DNA of 63,737 bases, filler included, from Octopus bimaculoides (Eukaryota): NCBI RefSeq assembly GCF_001194135.2. It is 6 parts of 6 records of this genome, joined end to end, with 100 filler letters (N's around TTAATTAATTAA, not from the genome) between each part and the next. Parts side by side here need not be neighbours in the genome. Positions count along the whole stretch, not along the records: positions 61,000 to 63,737 come from NW_026361311.1; 5 more parts are not named here. One strand, given 5' to 3'. Each line of letters starts with the position of its first letter. The first letter of the stretch is position 1. The position numbers were made by a program, and so were the translations under genes. The notes below the pieces were generated by a model. The model was not told the origin of the DNA, ran no database searches, and was given only the letters and a program-made list of their open reading frames with translations. This document shows positions 61,254 through 63,737 of the stretch, piece by piece.

Positions 61254-63737
61254 CGGACGCACGTCCCTCGCTCTCAAAAATCGAACGAACGAAAGCTGCG
61301 CCAAAAGCTACGAACGCACGTGCCTAGCTCTCAAAAATCGATCGAATGTACGTTAAGCCAAAAGCTACGGACGCACAACCCTAGCTCTCAAAAATCGAAC
61401 GCACCTACGTTGAGCCAAAAGCTACGCACGCACGTGCCTAGCACTCAAACATCGAACGAACGTACGTTGAGCCAAAAGCTACGGATGCACGAGTCTAGCT
61501 CTCAGAAATGGAACGAACGTACGTTGAGCCAAAAGCTACGGACGCACGTGCCTAGCTCTCAAAAATCGAACGAACGTACGTTGTNNNNNNNNNNNNNNNN
61601 NNNNNNNNNNNNNNNNNNNNNNNNNNNNNNNNNNNNNNNNNNNNNNNNNNNNNNNNNNNNNNNNNNNNNNNNNNNNNNNNNNNNNNNNNNNNNNNNNNNN
61701 NNNNNNNNNNNNNNNNNNNNNNNNNNNNNNNNNNNNNNNNNNNNNNNNNNNNNNNNNNNNNNNNNNNNNNNNNNNNNNNNNNNNNNNNNNNNNNNNNNNN
61801 NNNNNNNNNNNNNNNNNNNNNNNNNNNNNNNNNNNNNNNNNNNNNNNNNNNNNNNNNNNNNNNNNNNNNNNNNNNNNNNNNNNNNNNNNNNNNNNNNNNN
61901 NNNNNNNNNNNNNNNNNNNNNNNNNNNNNNNNNNNNNNNNNNNNNNNNNNNNNNNNNNNNNNNNNNNNNNNNNNNNNNNNNNNNNNNNNNNNNNNNNNNN
62001 NNNNNNNNNNNNNNNNNNNNNNNNNNNNNNNNNNNNNNNNNNNNNNNNNNNNNNNNNNNNNNNNNNNNNNNNNNNNNNNNNNNNNNNNNNNNNNNNNNNN
62101 NNNNNNNNNNNNNNNNNNNNNNNNNNNNNNNNNNNNNNNNNNNNNNNNNNNNNNNNNNNNNNNNNNNNNNNNNNNNNNNNNTGCACGAGTCTAGCTCTCA
62201 GAAATGGAACGAACGTACGTTGAGCCAAAAGCTACGGACGCACGTGCCTAGCTCTCAAAAATCGAACGAACGTACGTTGTGCCAAAAGCTACGGACGCAC
62301 GTCACTAGCTCCCCAAAAGCGTACGAACGTACGTTGGGCCAAAAGCTACGGACGCACCTCCGTAGCTCTCGAAAATCGAACGAACGTACCTGGAGCCAAA
62401 AGCTACCGTCAAACGTCCGTACCTCTCAAAAATCAAACGAACGTAGGTTGAGCCAAAAGCTACGGAGGCACGTGCCTAGCTCTCAGAAATCGAACGAAGG
62501 TACGTTGGGCCGAAAGATACGGACACACGTCCCTCGCTCTCAAGAATCGAACGAACGTACGTTGAGCCAAAAGCTACGGACGCACGTCACTAGCTCTCAA
62601 AAATCGAACGAAGGTACGTTGAGCCAAAAGCTACGGACTCAAGTGACTACCTCGCAGAAGTCGATCGAATGTACGTTGAGCCAAAAGCTACGGACGCACG
62701 TCCCAAACTCTCAAAAATCGAACGAACGTACTTTGAGCCAAAAGCTACGGTCGCACGTCCCTAGCTCCCAAAAATCGAACGAACGTACGTTGAGCCAAAA
62801 GCTACGGACGCACGTCCTTAGCTCTCAAATATCAGACGAACGTACGTTGAGCCAAAAGCTACGGACGCACGTCACTAGTTCCCTAAAATCGTACGAACGT
62901 AGGTTGAGTCAAAATCTATGAACTCACGTCCCTAGCTCTCAATAATGAAACGAACGTATGTTGAGCTAAAACCCTGCGGACGCACGTCCCTAGCTCCGAA
63001 AAAACGAACGAATGTACGTTGAGCCAAAAGCTACAGACGCACGTGCTTAGCTTTCAAAAATCGAACGAACGTACGTTGAGCCAAAAGCTACTAACGCACG
63101 TCCCTAGCTCTCAAAATACGAACGAACGTACGTTCAGCCAAAAGCTACGGACGCACGTCACTAGCTATCAAATATCGAACGTACGTACGTTGAGCCAACA
63201 GCTACGGACGCACGTCCCTTGCTACCAAAAATCGAACGAACGTACGTTGAGCTAAAAGCTACGGACGCACGTCCCTAGCTCTCGAAAATCGAACGAAAGT
63301 ACGTAGAGCCAAATGCTACGGACGCACAAGCCTAGCTCTCAGAAATCGAACGAACGTACGTTGGGCCAAAAGCTACGGGCGCACGTCCCTAGCTCTCAAA
63401 AATCGAACGAACGTACGTTGAGCCAAAAGCTAAGGACGCACGTCCCTAGCTCTCAAAAATCGTACGAACGTATGTTGAGCCAAAAGCTACGGACGCACGT
63501 CCCTAACTCTCAAAAATCGAACGAACGTACGTTGGGCCAAAAGCTACGGACGCACGTGCCTAGCTCTTAGAAATCGTACGAACGTATGTTGAGCCAAAAG
63601 CTACGGACCAACGTGACTAACAGTCAGAAATCGATCGAACGTGCGTTGAGACAAAAGCTAGGGACGCACGTCTCTAGCTCTCAACATTCGAACGAACGTA
63701 CGATGAGCCAAAAGCTACAGACGCACGTGCCTAGCTT
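61254..63737. repeat. 57-bp tandem satellite, CpG-rich
   Basis: Consensus ACGTTGAGCCAAAAGCTACGGACGCACGTCCCTAGCTCTCAAAAATCGAACGAACGT; about 33 sequenced units; gap at 61585-62181; continues past the window end. Confidence 0.97.

Noticed and set aside
61320-62921. 533-aa ORF with 19-aa repeats (RTLSQKLRTHVPSSQKSNE)
   Set aside because: It is a by-product of a 57-bp unit; at least one open frame out of six is expected for 19 codons. Stops (about 62919, 63253, 63568) and a frameshift (about 62970) occur, and about 200 residues are N-gap.
61254-63737. CRISPR-like array (palindromic repeats)
   Set aside because: The units are head-to-tail with no unique spacers, there are no cas genes, and the context is eukaryotic.

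Overview
Eukaryotic, AT-rich, gap-riddled DNA dominated by microsatellites and transposable elements. It is most likely an octopus draft assembly; this is inferred from my recall of octopus SINE and RTE-tail consensus sequences and was not searched. The window is not one locus: five identical 100-bp linkers (N44-TTAATTAATTAA-N44) join six separate pieces (1-5627, 5728-13984, 14085-22150, 22251-47875, 47976-60899, 61000-63737). I found no intact host protein-coding gene, rRNA, tRNA or CRISPR array, and most long ORFs in the track are artefacts of N-runs and dinucleotide repeats. Recognisable content is decayed elements: R4/Dong-, Tx1-, CR1-, L2-, HERO- and RTE-type non-LTR retrotransposons, a Gypsy integrase plus LTR, a Penelope-like GIY-YIG fragment, mariner and Tc1 relics, an hAT MITE and at least three tRNA-derived SINE families. 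I cannot demonstrate a new biological system. The best leads are: (1) a 1.1-kb inverted repeat enclosing a Penelope-like endonuclease with no visible RT; (2) a CpG-rich, hairpin-forming 57-bp satellite with hints of higher-order periodicity; (3) a SINE that shares its 3' tail with the CR1 LINE in the window and also occurs with a second tail; (4) several degenerate hammerhead-like cores; (5) a compact YY1/NRF1/ETS-like motif cluster; (6) a triple C2H2 finger ORF end.
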